From: a virus | DNA length: 64,000 nucleotides | Virus record (IMG/VR): IMGVR_UViG_3300027977_000008 | Span: 32,001-96,000 of that record | Reading direction: 5' to 3' (one strand) | Shown here: in pieces, positions 9,972 through 20,747 of the stretch | Numbering within the stretch: position 1 is the first letter of the stretch | Layout of the letters: every line of letters begins with the position of its first letter | The notes under the pieces: generated by a model | Databases searched by the model: none | What the model was told of the DNA's origin: nothing | Seen by the model: the letters and a program-made list of their open reading frames with translations, nothing else | Translations under genes and position numbers: made by a program

Positions 9972-10388
9972 GTGTTGGAAAAAATTTGCACTAGATGTAA
10001 GAATTTAAAACCAAGAACATCCGAATACTTCCCACTTCATAATAAATGTAAAGATGGTTTAGATAGTTGGTGTAGAGTTTGTAGAGCTACATATAGAAGT
10101 GAAATAAACTGGGGTAAGTTTAGGGGGCAACTTACAGACGATGAGGTGCGAAAATTAAAACAACAAACCAAATGCAATATATGTGGTAAAGAAGACACTG
10201 GTGGTACTAAAAACAATAAGCATGTTGGTAAAACAAAATCTTTAGTTATGGATCATGACCACAATACAGGAAAATTTAGAGGAATGCTTTGCAATCACTG
10301 TAACAGAGGATTAGGTAATTTTTTCGATGATGTAAATATTTTGGAGAAATCTATTTCTTATTTAAAAATGGAACTACTAATACAATAG
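9972..10388 (+). CDS. Endonuclease VII-family (His-Me) endonuclease, probably a free-standing homing endonuclease
   Basis: CNIC...MDHDHNTGKFRGMLCNHCNRGLG motif plus N-terminal CxxC..CxxC; directly upstream of gp17. Confidence 0.85.
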   Translation: MLEKICTRCKNLKPRTSEYFPLHNKCKDGLDSWCRVCRATYRSEINWGKFRGQLTDDEVRKLKQQTKCNICGKEDTGGTKNNKHVGKTKSLVMDHDHNTGKFRGMLCNHCNRGLGNFFDDVNILEKSISYLKMELLIQ

Positions 10389-10397
10389 AGATATATT

Positions 10398-12047
10398 ATG
10401 GCAGCTGATATCTATCTTGGTAATCCCAATTTAAAAAAAGCAAATACTGCAATTGAATTTACTGAAGAGCAAATTCTTGAGTTTCTTAGATGTAAACAAG
10501 ATCCAGTATATTTTGCTAGAAATTATATTAAAATTGTTTCTCTTGATCATGGTCTAGTTCCTTTTGAGATGTATCCTTTCCAAGAGAAACTTATTAGGAA
10601 CTTCCATGCTCACCGTTTCAATATTTGTAAGATGCCTCGTCAGACAGGTAAATCTACAACTTGTGTTTCTTATCTTCTACATTATGCTGTCTTCAATGAT
10701 AATGTAAACATTGCAATTCTAGCAAACAAAGCATCTACTGCTGGTGATTTACTAAGTAGACTTCAACTTGCTTATGAAAATCTTCCAAAATGGATGCAAC
10801 AAGGTATTATTGCCTGGAACAAACGATCTATGGAGTTAGAAAATGGTTCAAAAATTATTGCTGCTTCTACTTCTGCCTCTGCTGTTCGTGGGGGATCTTA
10901 CAATATTATATTTTTGGACGAATTTGCGTTCATTCCTAACCATATTGCTGACGAGTTCTTCGCTTCTGTCTATCCTACTATTTCATCTGGTCAATCTACA
11001 AAGGTAATTATTGTTTCTACCCCTCACGGTATGAATCACTTTTATCGGTTGTGGCATGATTCCGAAAGAGAGCGAAATGAATATATTCCAATAGAAGTTC
11101 ATTGGTCAGAAGTTCCAGGTAGAGATACAAAATGGAAAGCATCTACAATTGCAAATACTTCAGAACAACAATTTAGGGTTGAATTTGAATGTGAATTTTT
11201 AGGATCAGTTGATACTTTGATTGCACCATCTAAACTAAAATCAATGGTTTATGATGATCCAGTAAAAACTAACGGAAGTCTGTATGTATATAATGAACCA
11301 GATAAAATTCGAGATTATATTATTACTGTTGACGTTGCTCGTGGAGTATCAAAAGATTATTCAGCATTTATAGTATTTGATATTACTACGTTCCCATATA
11401 AAGTTGTAGCAAAATATAGAAATAATGAAATTAAACCAATGCTATTTCCATCAGTCATTGAAGAAGTAGCAAGAGCATATAATAATGCATACATTTTATG
11501 TGAAGTTAATGATATTGGAGATCAAGTTGCTTCAATTTTAAATTTTGATCTTGAATATGAAAATATATTAATGTGTTCTATGCGTGGACGTGCTGGACAA
11601 ATTGTTGGAACTGGATTTTCCGGAAAGAAAACTCAACTTGGAGTAAAGATGAGTTCGACTACAAAAAAAGTAGGATGTTCAAATCTAAAAACTTTAATTG
11701 AAGATAACAAACTTATTATAACAGATTATGAGACAATCAGTGAGTTAACTACATTCATTCAAAGAAAACAGTCATTTGAGGCTGAAGAAGGATGTAATGA
11801 TGATTTGGCAATGTGTCTTGTAATATTCTCATGGTTAGTTGCTCAAGAGTATTTTAAAGAAATGACGGATCAGGATATTCGTAAAAGAATTTATGAAGAT
11901 CAAAGAAATCAAATTGAACAAGATATGGCACCATTTGGGTTTGTTAGTGATGGGTTAGATATTTTTGATAATGAAATTGATAAAAATGGTGATGTGTGGA
12001 AAGTTGATGAATATGGAGACAAATCTTACATGTGGGAGTATGAGTGA
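10398..12047 (+). CDS. gp17: Terminase large subunit gp17
   Basis: YLGNPNLK, PRQTGKST Walker A, IIFLDEFAF, DDLAM nuclease motif. Confidence 0.96.
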   Translation: MAADIYLGNPNLKKANTAIEFTEEQILEFLRCKQDPVYFARNYIKIVSLDHGLVPFEMYPFQEKLIRNFHAHRFNICKMPRQTGKSTTCVSYLLHYAVFNDNVNIAILANKASTAGDLLSRLQLAYENLPKWMQQGIIAWNKRSMELENGSKIIAASTSASAVRGGSYNIIFLDEFAFIPNHIADEFFASVYPTISSGQSTKVIIVSTPHGMNHFYRLWHDSERERNEYIPIEVHWSEVPGRDTKWKASTIANTSEQQFRVEFECEFLGSVDTLIAPSKLKSMVYDDPVKTNGSLYVYNEPDKIRDYIITVDVARGVSKDYSAFIVFDITTFPYKVVAKYRNNEIKPMLFPSVIEEVARAYNNAYILCEVNDIGDQVASILNFDLEYENILMCSMRGRAGQIVGTGFSGKKTQLGVKMSSTTKKVGCSNLKTLIEDNKLIITDYETISELTTFIQRKQSFEAEEGCNDDLAMCLVIFSWLVAQEYFKEMTDQDIRKRIYEDQRNQIEQDMAPFGFVSDGLDIFDNEIDKNGDVWKVDEYGDKSYMWEYE

Positions 12048-12058
12048 TTTTGAGAATT

Positions 12059-12066
12059 TATAAATA
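12059..12066 (+). promoter_or_regulatory. T4-type late promoter
   Basis: TATAAATA upstream of gp18. Confidence 0.8.
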
Positions 12067-12105
12067 ATTTTAGATTAAAATTAGGGTTACTGTAGGGAGT
12101 ATAGA

Positions 12106-14310
12106 ATGGCACTTCAGTTAGCATCTCCAGGTATTCGTGTAAGAGAGGTAGATCTAACCCGTGGCGGCGTAAATGCAACACTAAACGTCTCTGCAGGTAT
12201 TGCTGCACCTTTTAAAAAGGGTCCTGTCAATGAAATAGTAAGAGTTACAAACGAAAAGGAATTAGTAGAAGTTTTTGGTGGTCCTGGTGTTGGTCTAACG
12301 GACTATCATTACGAAAGTTGGTACGCAGCATCAAACTTCTTATCGTATGGTGGTCAGTTAGATGTAGTTAGAGCAGGCGGTGGACAACTAACCAATGCAA
12401 ACGCTGGTGTTGGTATTGCATCAACAACATCTCTAAGTATTAATAATTTTGATGATTACAATAACAACCACACTTCAGATACTTCTTTTTACTGGGCAGC
12501 AAAGAACCCAGGAAACTGGGCAGAAAATCTCAAAGTTTGTGTAATTGATGCGGCGGCAGATCAAAGAATTTCTGGAATTTCAACTACAGTTGTTGTAACT
12601 ACTGGTATTACTACCGCTTTTCATGGAATTCAAGTTGGTTATGCAGTAACTCAAACATTGAGTGGTGTTTCAATTGGTATTGGTACAACTGCAGCGGCAA
12701 GCGGATATCTAAAGGGTGTTGTTACTGCAATCGGAGCAAGTTTTGTTGATGTAAAAGTTGTAACTTATGTATCTGGATTTGGAACTGAAACTGCAGTAGA
12801 TTATCAATCTGGTTCTCTATATCAATTCACTACTGCTAACATTGGTTTCTCATCTTCTACCATAGGTGATGTTGGCATCATGACTGGTGGCAAATCACTA
12901 ACTGATTGGTATGATCAACAGAACGTTTTAACGAGCGTTGCTGATGGTGGTTCTGATGCAGTAACAGTATCTTGGAGATCGGTTCTTGCAAAACCAGGAA
13001 CTAACTCATATGTTGCTCAAAGAAACGGACGCAACGATGCACTAAATGTAGTTGTCATTGATGCTTCTGGTTCTGTAACAGGTGCTGTTGGATCAATTTT
13101 AGAAAAATTTGGTAATCTTTCAAAAGCAAAAGATGCTGAAGTTTCTCCACAGAAGTCAATTTACTATGAAGATTATCTTGCAGTAAATTCTGAGTATATC
13201 TACGCTGGTCTATCTCCAGTGAATGCAACTGATACTTACTGGGGAACAAGATCACGTCCTAGTGGATTTAGTACTGGTGTTATTGCAATAACAGCATCTG
13301 CTGGTTCGTGGGGACAGGAAGCAAAAAACATTACATTCTCCTCACTGGGAAATGCTAATTACAGCCTAACAGGTGGTAAGGATTATCAAGGAGTTGGATA
13401 TTATGATGCTCCACTTGGAGATCTTCTAACTGCATATGATTTGTTATCAGATCCTGTAAATAGTGATATTAGGTTCTTATTACAGGGCGGTGCTTATAAA
13501 TCTAAGGAAGAAGAACAAGCAAAAGCAAATAAACTAATTTCAATATGTGAAGAACGCAAGGATTGTGTCGCATTTATTTCACCAAATAGAGATAGTGTTG
13601 TAAACGTTACAAACACAAGTACACAACTAACGAATGTTCTATCATTCTTTGCTCCACTTTCATCGTCTTCTTACGTCGTATTTGATAATAGCTATCAATA
13701 CGTTTATGATCGTTTCAATAAGAGATTTATATATATTCCTTGTTCAAACGATATAGCAGGTCTATGTGTAAGAACTGATAGAGATCAATTCCCTTGGTTC
13801 TCACCAGCAGGAACAAGCAGAGGTTCTCTAAACTTTGCAGTCAAACTTGCGTTTAACCCAGGACAAGATGCAAGAGATAGATTGTATTCAAACAGGATCA
13901 ATCCAATTATCGCATCACCTGGTTCTGGAATTATTCTCTTCGGAGATAAGACTGGACTAGGATTTGAAAGTGCATTTGATCGCATCAATGTAAGACGCTT
14001 ATTCATCACCATTGAAAAAGCAATTGAAAATGCTGCTAAAGCACAATTATTTGAACTCAATGATGCTGGAACAAGATCTAACTTTGTAAATATCGTTGAA
14101 CCATATCTACGTGATGTTCAAGCGAAACGAGGTGTAACTGAGTTCCTTGTTGTTTGTGACGAAACAAATAACACACCTGACGTAATTGATCGTAATGAGT
14201 TTATCGCTGACATCTACGTGAAGCCAGCAAGATCGATTAATTTTATCGGTCTAACGTTCGTCGCCACGAGAACGGGAGTTTCGTTCTCCGAAATCGTCGG
14301 CACCGTTTGA
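12106..14310 (+). CDS. gp18: Tail sheath protein gp18
   Basis: SPGIRVREVD, PWFSPAG, FDRINVRRLF, KPARSINFI. Confidence 0.96.
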   Translation: MALQLASPGIRVREVDLTRGGVNATLNVSAGIAAPFKKGPVNEIVRVTNEKELVEVFGGPGVGLTDYHYESWYAASNFLSYGGQLDVVRAGGGQLTNANAGVGIASTTSLSINNFDDYNNNHTSDTSFYWAAKNPGNWAENLKVCVIDAAADQRISGISTTVVVTTGITTAFHGIQVGYAVTQTLSGVSIGIGTTAAASGYLKGVVTAIGASFVDVKVVTYVSGFGTETAVDYQSGSLYQFTTANIGFSSSTIGDVGIMTGGKSLTDWYDQQNVLTSVADGGSDAVTVSWRSVLAKPGTNSYVAQRNGRNDALNVVVIDASGSVTGAVGSILEKFGNLSKAKDAEVSPQKSIYYEDYLAVNSEYIYAGLSPVNATDTYWGTRSRPSGFSTGVIAITASAGSWGQEAKNITFSSLGNANYSLTGGKDYQGVGYYDAPLGDLLTAYDLLSDPVNSDIRFLLQGGAYKSKEEEQAKANKLISICEERKDCVAFISPNRDSVVNVTNTSTQLTNVLSFFAPLSSSSYVVFDNSYQYVYDRFNKRFIYIPCSNDIAGLCVRTDRDQFPWFSPAGTSRGSLNFAVKLAFNPGQDARDRLYSNRINPIIASPGSGIILFGDKTGLGFESAFDRINVRRLFITIEKAIENAAKAQLFELNDAGTRSNFVNIVEPYLRDVQAKRGVTEFLVVCDETNNTPDVIDRNEFIADIYVKPARSINFIGLTFVATRTGVSFSEIVGTV

Positions 14311-14328
14311 TACTAGGAGAATAAAACA

Positions 14329-14961
14329 ATGCCATTACAGAACACAAACATCTTTAATACTCCTAATAATGGAAGAACAATTGACAATTTCAAGTCAAGA
14401 CTTGTTCAAGGTGGTGCTAGAGCAAATCTTTTTGAAGTAGAAATGAATTTCCCATCAGGGAATGGAATTTTTGATGAGATTGGTGACACTTCATATAGAA
14501 TGCTCATCAAAGGTGCTCAACTTCCAGCATCAAATATTGCTGAAGTTATTGTTCCTTTTCGTGGTAGACAACTCAAAGTTGCTGGTGATAAAAGAATTGA
14601 TCCATGGACAATTACAGTCATCAACGATGCTGACTTCAAACTAAGAGAAGCATTTGAAAAGTGGTCAAACTACATCACCAAAATTTCTGATGGTTCGGGT
14701 ACAATAAACCCAGCAGATTATTTTGCTGATTGGGTTGTATCTCAACTAGGACGTGCAGAAACCGTTCCTACTCCTGGTTCTCAAAATGCTACACCAATTC
14801 CAGTAAAGCGTGCATACAAGATGCACGGATGCTGGCCAAGTTCAGTTGGTGCTATTGAACTTTCTTACGACACTGCTGACGTTATTGAAGAATTTTCGGT
14901 AACACTGCAAGTTCAATGGTGGGAAGCTTATACGGGTTCAAATACAGATTCCGTAGTCTGA
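14329..14961 (+). CDS. gp19: Tail tube protein gp19
   Basis: GGARANLFEV, VPFRGR.LKVAGD, WT.TV.ND. Confidence 0.94.
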   Translation: MPLQNTNIFNTPNNGRTIDNFKSRLVQGGARANLFEVEMNFPSGNGIFDEIGDTSYRMLIKGAQLPASNIAEVIVPFRGRQLKVAGDKRIDPWTITVINDADFKLREAFEKWSNYITKISDGSGTINPADYFADWVVSQLGRAETVPTPGSQNATPIPVKRAYKMHGCWPSSVGAIELSYDTADVIEEFSVTLQVQWWEAYTGSNTDSVV

Positions 14962-14989
14962 TAAATAGTCAAAACAGTTTATTATATTG

Positions 14990-16636
14990 ATGGCGAAACT
15001 TTTTGGTTTTTCAATTGACGATCAGGAAAATAAGTCTAAAGGCATAGTCAGTCCAGTTCCTCCAAACAATGAGGATGGATCTGACTATTATCTTTCTTCA
15101 GGTTTCTATGGACAATATGTAGATATTGAAGGTGTCTTTAGAACAGAATTTGATATTGTTAAAAAATATCGTGATATGTCATTGCATCCAGAATGCGATA
15201 CTGCAATTGAACATGTTGTAAATGAAGCAATTGTTTCAGATTTAAATGATAGTCCTGTTGAAATTGATTTAGATAATCTTCAAATCGGTGCTTCACTCAA
15301 AAAAGTAATTAGACAAGAGTTCAAGTACGTAAAAGATTTACTTGAATTTGATAAAAAATCACACGAAATTTTTCGCAACTGGTATGTTGATGGTAAAATT
15401 CATTATCACAAAGTAATTGATTTAGAAAAACCTGATGAAGGTATCAAAGAAGTAAGATATATTGATGCTTTAAAGATAAAATTTATGCGAGTTCGTCCCA
15501 ATGATAAAAAAGCATTGCCAGCAAGACCTTATAGTGAAGATGTAACAACTACTAAAGATGCTGATATAGTAGAATTTTATACATATTATCCAGAAGGTGT
15601 TGCCCAACAATATGGATCAATTACCGGAAAGGGTATAAAAATTGCAAAAGATGCAATTACACATGTAACTTCAGGACTTGTAGATAGAAATAAACATTTA
15701 ACACTATCATATTTACATAAAGCAATTAAATCTCTCAATCAACTTCGCATGATTGAAGATAGTCTTGTAATTTATAGATTGTCTCGTGCTCCAGAACGTC
15801 GTATTTTTTATATTGATGTTGGCAATTTACCAAAAGTAAAAGCAGAACAATATCTTCGTGATGTTATGAGCCGTTATCGTAACAAACTTGTTTACGATGC
15901 AAACACTGGTGAAATTAAAGATGATAAAAAGCATATGTCCATGCTAGAAGATTTCTGGCTACCTCGTCGTGAAGGTGGACGTGGAACAGAAATTACTACG
16001 CTTCCTGGTGGACAAAATCTTGGTGAACTTACTGACGTTGATTATTTTCAAAAAAAACTTTATAGATCTTTAAATGTTCCTGATAGTAGAATTGGATCTG
16101 ATAGTGGTTTCAATCTAGGACGTTCATCAGAAATTCTTCGTGATGAATTGATGTTTAGTAAGTTTGTAGGTCGTTTAAGAAAACGTTTTAGTGCATTATT
16201 CTTAGATCTTCTTAAAACACAACTTATTCTAAAAAATATTGTAACTCCAGAAGATTGGGAGGTAATGGCAGAACATATTCAATTTGATTATATTTACGAC
16301 AATCATTTTGCCGAATTAAAAAATACAGAATTAATGAATGAACGTCTCAATCTTATGGTTGCTATTGAACCATATATTGGAACTTATTATTCTAGGGATT
16401 ATGTAAAACGTAAGGTTCTTCGTCAAACTGATGAAGAAATTATAGAAATGGAAGGAGAGATGGAAAATGAAAATCAAATAGGTATTGGAATTCCATTAGA
16501 AACTCAAAATACAATTATGCAAGGTCAAATGCAAAATGATCTTGGTATGAAACAAATGGAACCAAATCTAGATAACAAGAAAGACGGTGGATCAACTAAA
16601 GCACCGTCAATAAATATCAAAAAAGCTAAGATATAA
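14990..16636 (+). CDS. gp20: Portal protein gp20
   Basis: YRLSRAPERRIFYIDVGNLP, EDFWLPRREGGRGTEI; ATG at 14990. Confidence 0.96.
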   Translation: MAKLFGFSIDDQENKSKGIVSPVPPNNEDGSDYYLSSGFYGQYVDIEGVFRTEFDIVKKYRDMSLHPECDTAIEHVVNEAIVSDLNDSPVEIDLDNLQIGASLKKVIRQEFKYVKDLLEFDKKSHEIFRNWYVDGKIHYHKVIDLEKPDEGIKEVRYIDALKIKFMRVRPNDKKALPARPYSEDVTTTKDADIVEFYTYYPEGVAQQYGSITGKGIKIAKDAITHVTSGLVDRNKHLTLSYLHKAIKSLNQLRMIEDSLVIYRLSRAPERRIFYIDVGNLPKVKAEQYLRDVMSRYRNKLVYDANTGEIKDDKKHMSMLEDFWLPRREGGRGTEITTLPGGQNLGELTDVDYFQKKLYRSLNVPDSRIGSDSGFNLGRSSEILRDELMFSKFVGRLRKRFSALFLDLLKTQLILKNIVTPEDWEVMAEHIQFDYIYDNHFAELKNTELMNERLNLMVAIEPYIGTYYSRDYVKRKVLRQTDEEIIEMEGEMENENQIGIGIPLETQNTIMQGQMQNDLGMKQMEPNLDNKKDGGSTKAPSINIKKAKI

Positions 16637-16639
16637 ATA
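16632..16639 (+). promoter_or_regulatory. T4-type late promoter
   Basis: TATAAATA. Confidence 0.75.
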
Positions 16640-16661
16640 AATATAGGCATTTTTACAAATT

Positions 16662-16853
16662 ATGAATTCTGCAGAATTAGTTGATATTTTAGTTTCTGAT
16701 GCTCCGTCATCAGAAATTTCCGATTACATTAAAAGTCTTTTGTTTGCAAAAACAAGTGAAAAAGTTGATACTTTAAAACCAGCAGTTGCTTCTGGTCTAT
16801 TTGGAGAAGATGATAATATTGAAGATGAAATCGAAAACGAAGAGGAAGCATGA
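16662..16853 (+). CDS. Small acidic prohead core-like protein (gp67-like position)
   Basis: 63 aa with acidic tail, between gp20 and gp21. Confidence 0.55.
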   Translation: MNSAELVDILVSDAPSSEISDYIKSLLFAKTSEKVDTLKPAVASGLFGEDDNIEDEIENEEEA

Positions 16854-17416
16854 GCGCATCTCAACCATTAAAGTTATATCAAACTGTTGGAAAGTTATCT
16901 GCCGCTAATGCAAGTTCAGTAACTTCAAATCCATTTATTATTAGAACTGGTACAATTTTATCAGTAGCTTCGACAACAAGAGGTGGTGGTAGTATTGGAA
17001 TTTGCAATACAACAACAGATGCTGGAATTGGATCTATTTTTGTAAACAGAGAAGATTCAATTCTTTATCGTTATGGACATCCAGCACAATCGACAGTTAT
17101 TGGCATAACTACTGGAGCATCAACAGTTCTAACATTAGATCATCCAGATACTAAATTGAGAGTTGGTGATTATATTCAACTAGTAGGCGCTGGATCTACA
17201 TATATAACATCACTTTTACATAAACAAATCACTGCAATTTCAAGTCCGCAACAGTGGAATAACTACACAATGGCGGTTACAGTGAATGCAAATACAAGTT
17301 CTGGTCATCATGCGTTTGTTGGTTTTGCAACTGCAGCAAAATCAGTAGTTTTTGTTCTTGCACCAGAAAATGTTTCTGGATGTGATATGTTCATCCACGA
17401 GGTTCAAATAGCATGA
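16850..17416 (+). CDS. Hypothetical structural protein
   Basis: 188 aa beta-rich ORF coupled to gp21. Confidence 0.6.
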   Translation: MSASQPLKLYQTVGKLSAANASSVTSNPFIIRTGTILSVASTTRGGGSIGICNTTTDAGIGSIFVNREDSILYRYGHPAQSTVIGITTGASTVLTLDHPDTKLRVGDYIQLVGAGSTYITSLLHKQITAISSPQQWNNYTMAVTVNANTSSGHHAFVGFATAAKSVVFVLAPENVSGCDMFIHEVQIA

Positions 17417-18060
17417 AATTAATCTCCGAAGAAATCGAAGCAGTAGAAGTTATTACCGAAGAAAAAAATGGTAAGAAAATTCTTTACATTCAAGGTCCAT
17501 TCCTTCAAGCTGAAGTAGTTAATCGCAACAAACGTTGCTATCCACTTCAGATAATGATGAATGAAGTAAAGAGATATACTGAATCCTTTATTAATAAAGG
17601 TCGTGCTCTTGGAGAACTTGGACATCCTGATGGTCCACAAATTAATCTTGATCGTGTATCACATAAAATTGTTGCACTAACACAAGAAGGAAATAATTTT
17701 GTTGGTAAAGCACAAATCCTGAGTACACCAATGGGGAAGATTGCATCTTCACTTATTGGTGAGGGTGTAAAACTAGGAGTTTCTTCTAGAGGAATGGGAT
17801 CCATTTATATGAAAAATGGTATCAATTACGTTGGTGAAGACTTTATGTTAGCGACTGCTGCTGACATTGTTTCAGATCCTTCTGCACCTGATGCATTTGT
17901 TAATGGTATTATGGAAGGTAAAGAATGGGTATGGGACGGTGGAGTATTACGTGAACTTCATTGTGAGCAAATAAAGAAGACAATAAATACTTTAGTAGAT
18001 CAGGACATTTTAGAGGCAAATAAACTACGTCTCTTTGCAAACTTCCTATCAAATCTATAA
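17413..18060 (+). CDS. gp21: Prohead protease gp21
   Basis: ALGELGHP, GVSSRGMGS, DIVSDPSAPDAFV. Confidence 0.95.
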   Translation: MKLISEEIEAVEVITEEKNGKKILYIQGPFLQAEVVNRNKRCYPLQIMMNEVKRYTESFINKGRALGELGHPDGPQINLDRVSHKIVALTQEGNNFVGKAQILSTPMGKIASSLIGEGVKLGVSSRGMGSIYMKNGINYVGEDFMLATAADIVSDPSAPDAFVNGIMEGKEWVWDGGVLRELHCEQIKKTINTLVDQDILEANKLRLFANFLSNL

Positions 18061-18062
18061 TT

Positions 18063-18070
18063 TATAAATA
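18063..18070 (+). promoter_or_regulatory. T4-type late promoter
   Basis: TATAAATA upstream of gp22. Confidence 0.8.
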
Positions 18071-18105
18071 ATAACAGAAATTCTAGGTATTCTTGGAAAG
18101 AAAAA

Positions 18106-19203
18106 ATGACCGTTAATAACGAACTACATGAGATGGAAAACCAGGTAACCCGTGGTGCTAAGGCTGCTGATTCGATGCCAAAAGCGTCTAACTATGTACC
18201 TGATACTAGTTCTATCGAGAATCTTGGTGGTCCAACTCCGCAAAATTCAAGACCAACTGACGATAGCAATAAGATGAAAACACCTTCTGCATCTTTTGCT
18301 CAATCTGGTGATGTTCAATTCAAAGGTGCTTCTGGAAAAATACAACTACCTGGTCCTGCTGCTTTAAAAGCAACTGGATATGGTCGTGGTGCTAATGAGG
18401 AAGTTGAGCAAGAAGACGAAAGTGTAATTGCTGAAACCGAAGAATTAGAAGATCAAGTTGAAGAAGAAATTGAAGAGGAAGAAGAAGAAGAAGAACTAGA
18501 TCTTGAAGAGGATGTAAAAGCACTTCTAAAAGGCGAAGATCTTTCCGAAGAATTTCAAAATAAAGCAAAGACAGTTTTTGAAGCAGCTGTTCGTTCAAAA
18601 ATCGGTTCTCTGAAAGAAACTTTAGAAAACCGTTATGCTACAGTTCTTGTTGAGCAAGTAGAAGCAATCAAGAGCGAACTAACCGAGCGTGTTGATTCAT
18701 ATCTAGAGTATGTTGCTAATGAGTGGATCAACGAAAACGAATTACAAGTTGAGACAGGACTAAGAGGTGAACTCTCGGAGTCCTTTATGACTGGTCTTAA
18801 GAACCTTTTTGAAGAACATTATGTAGAAATCCCTGAAGATAAATATAATGTTCTTGAGGCTATGGTCGAGAAACTTGATGAAATGGAGACAAAACTCAAC
18901 GAACAGATCGACACCAATATTGCTCTAACCAAGCGTTTATCGGAATCTGTTTCTGACAACATCCTAGATGAAGTAAGTGGAGGTCTTGCTCTTTCCCAAA
19001 AGGAAAAACTAGCAAGTCTTGCTGAAGGTGTTGAGTTTGATAGTGAAGAACAATATCGTGAAAAACTTGCTACGCTACGTGAAGCATATTTTGCTTCTAA
19101 GCCTGTATTAAATTCACAAGAAGTCATTTCAGAGGATGCACTTGCTGATGATGTATCACCAGTAATGTCTGCATATCTCAATGCATTGACTAAGTTCAAC
19201 TAA
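18106..19203 (+). CDS. gp22: Prohead core scaffold gp22
   Basis: Acidic coiled coil; LSEEF..KA.TVFEAAV; YLEYV..EW; synteny. Confidence 0.92.
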   Translation: MTVNNELHEMENQVTRGAKAADSMPKASNYVPDTSSIENLGGPTPQNSRPTDDSNKMKTPSASFAQSGDVQFKGASGKIQLPGPAALKATGYGRGANEEVEQEDESVIAETEELEDQVEEEIEEEEEEEELDLEEDVKALLKGEDLSEEFQNKAKTVFEAAVRSKIGSLKETLENRYATVLVEQVEAIKSELTERVDSYLEYVANEWINENELQVETGLRGELSESFMTGLKNLFEEHYVEIPEDKYNVLEAMVEKLDEMETKLNEQIDTNIALTKRLSESVSDNILDEVSGGLALSQKEKLASLAEGVEFDSEEQYREKLATLREAYFASKPVLNSQEVISEDALADDVSPVMSAYLNALTKFN

Positions 19204-19259
19204 TTGATTTTTTTGTAAACACTAAACACTAAACACTTTCCAAAACGGAGTAAACTATC

Positions 19260-20663
19260 ATGTTCAATTCTGCTGCACTGCAGAAGAAGTGGGCTCCTCT
19301 TCTAGAGGCACAAGGTCTTGATTCAATCAAAGACAACCACAGAAGAGCAGTTACTGCCCAACTTCTTGAAAACCAAGAAAGATTTCTAAGAGAAGAGCGT
19401 GCTTTTCTAACTGAAGGACCTCCAACAATTAACACCGACCCTTCTGCAACAGGTAATGCAGGTTTCAGTGGTTCTGGTGCATCACCTGTTGCTGGTTTCG
19501 ATCCAGTTCTAATCTCATTGATTAGACGTGCAATGCCTAACTTGGTCGCCTATGACCTAGCAGGTGTTCAACCAATGAACGGTCCAACAGGTCTTATCTT
19601 TGCGATGAGAACCCGTTACGACAACCAGAACGGTACTGAAGCATTCTTCAACGAACCAGATTCTGCATTCTCTGCACAAAACTCTGCAGCAACTCTTACC
19701 CAAGGCGACTACACTGGTGGTTCCGATGATGGCACCAACGTTGGTTTTGGTACAACTGCACAGTCAGGCACCAATCCATCGATCCTAAATGGTGGCGTAA
19801 ATAATACCTACAACCTAGGTCAAGGTTTTAACACCCAATCACTAGAAACACTTGGTGATAATAGTGCTACTAACGACTTCCGCGAAATGGCTTTCTCTAT
19901 TGAGAAAGTTAGTGTTGCCGCAAAGTCAAGAGCACTTAAAGCTGAGTACTCGCTAGAACTAGCACAAGACCTTAAGGCAATCCACGGTCTTGATGCTGAA
20001 GCTGAACTAGCAAATATCCTCAGCACTGAAATTCTTGCTGAGATCAACCGTGAGATCATCCGTACAATCTACAAGGTTGCTAGAACAGGTGCTCAAACCA
20101 ACGTTGCAACCGCTGGTATATTTGACCTAGACGTTGATTCCAACGGTCGTTGGATGGTTGAGAAGTTCAAGGGACTAATGTTCCAACTTGAGCGTGATGC
20201 AAACGCTATTGCACAAGAAACTCGTAGAGGAAAGGGCAATATTATCCTTTGTTCTGCTGACGTTGCTTCTGCACTTGCTGCTGCTGGTCAACTGGATTAC
20301 ACTCCAGCACTTTCAGCAAACCTACAGGTTGACGACACTGGTAATACCTTCGCTGGTGTTCTAAACGGTCGCTTCAAGGTCTATATCGATCCATTCGCTG
20401 CAAACCTAACCGCAGATCAGTACTACGTCATGGGTTATAAGGGTTCAACTCCTTATGATGCAGGTCTATTCTATTGCCCATACGTTCCTCTTCAGATGGT
20501 TCGTGCAGTTGGTCAGGATAACTTCCAGCCTAAGATTGGATTTAAGACCCGCTACGGCATGGTCGCAAACCCATTCGCTGAAGGAACTGGTGCTGGCGCA
20601 GGTCGCATTGCTGAGAACACCAACCGTTACTACAGAAGAGTAAAGGTACAAAACCTAATGTGA
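19260..20663 (+). CDS. gp23: Major capsid protein gp23
   Basis: KWAPLL, GVQPM.GPTGLIFAMR, ELAQDLKAIHGLDAE, FQPKIGFKTRYG. Confidence 0.97.
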   Translation: MFNSAALQKKWAPLLEAQGLDSIKDNHRRAVTAQLLENQERFLREERAFLTEGPPTINTDPSATGNAGFSGSGASPVAGFDPVLISLIRRAMPNLVAYDLAGVQPMNGPTGLIFAMRTRYDNQNGTEAFFNEPDSAFSAQNSAATLTQGDYTGGSDDGTNVGFGTTAQSGTNPSILNGGVNNTYNLGQGFNTQSLETLGDNSATNDFREMAFSIEKVSVAAKSRALKAEYSLELAQDLKAIHGLDAEAELANILSTEILAEINREIIRTIYKVARTGAQTNVATAGIFDLDVDSNGRWMVEKFKGLMFQLERDANAIAQETRRGKGNIILCSADVASALAAAGQLDYTPALSANLQVDDTGNTFAGVLNGRFKVYIDPFAANLTADQYYVMGYKGSTPYDAGLFYCPYVPLQMVRAVGQDNFQPKIGFKTRYGMVANPFAEGTGAGAGRIAENTNRYYRRVKVQNLM

Positions 20664-20681
20664 TCTTGGATCACATTCATT

Positions 20682-20712
20682 AGGATCTTCTTTTGTAAGG
20701 AGATCCTTTTTT
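20682..20712 (+). terminator. Rho-independent terminator after gp23
   Basis: AGGATCTTCTT...AAGGAGATCCT followed by a T-run. Confidence 0.8.
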
Positions 20713-20718
20713 ATTGCC

Positions 20719-20726
20719 TATAAATA
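20719..20726 (+). promoter_or_regulatory. T4-type late promoter
   Basis: TATAAATA upstream of gp3. Confidence 0.75.
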
Positions 20727-20747
20727 ATCCTAGCTTGGGAAGTTGAC

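Noticed and set aside
19217-19237. AAACACT x3 upstream of gp23
   Set aside because: Short low-complexity repeat in an A/C-rich leader; no evidence of function
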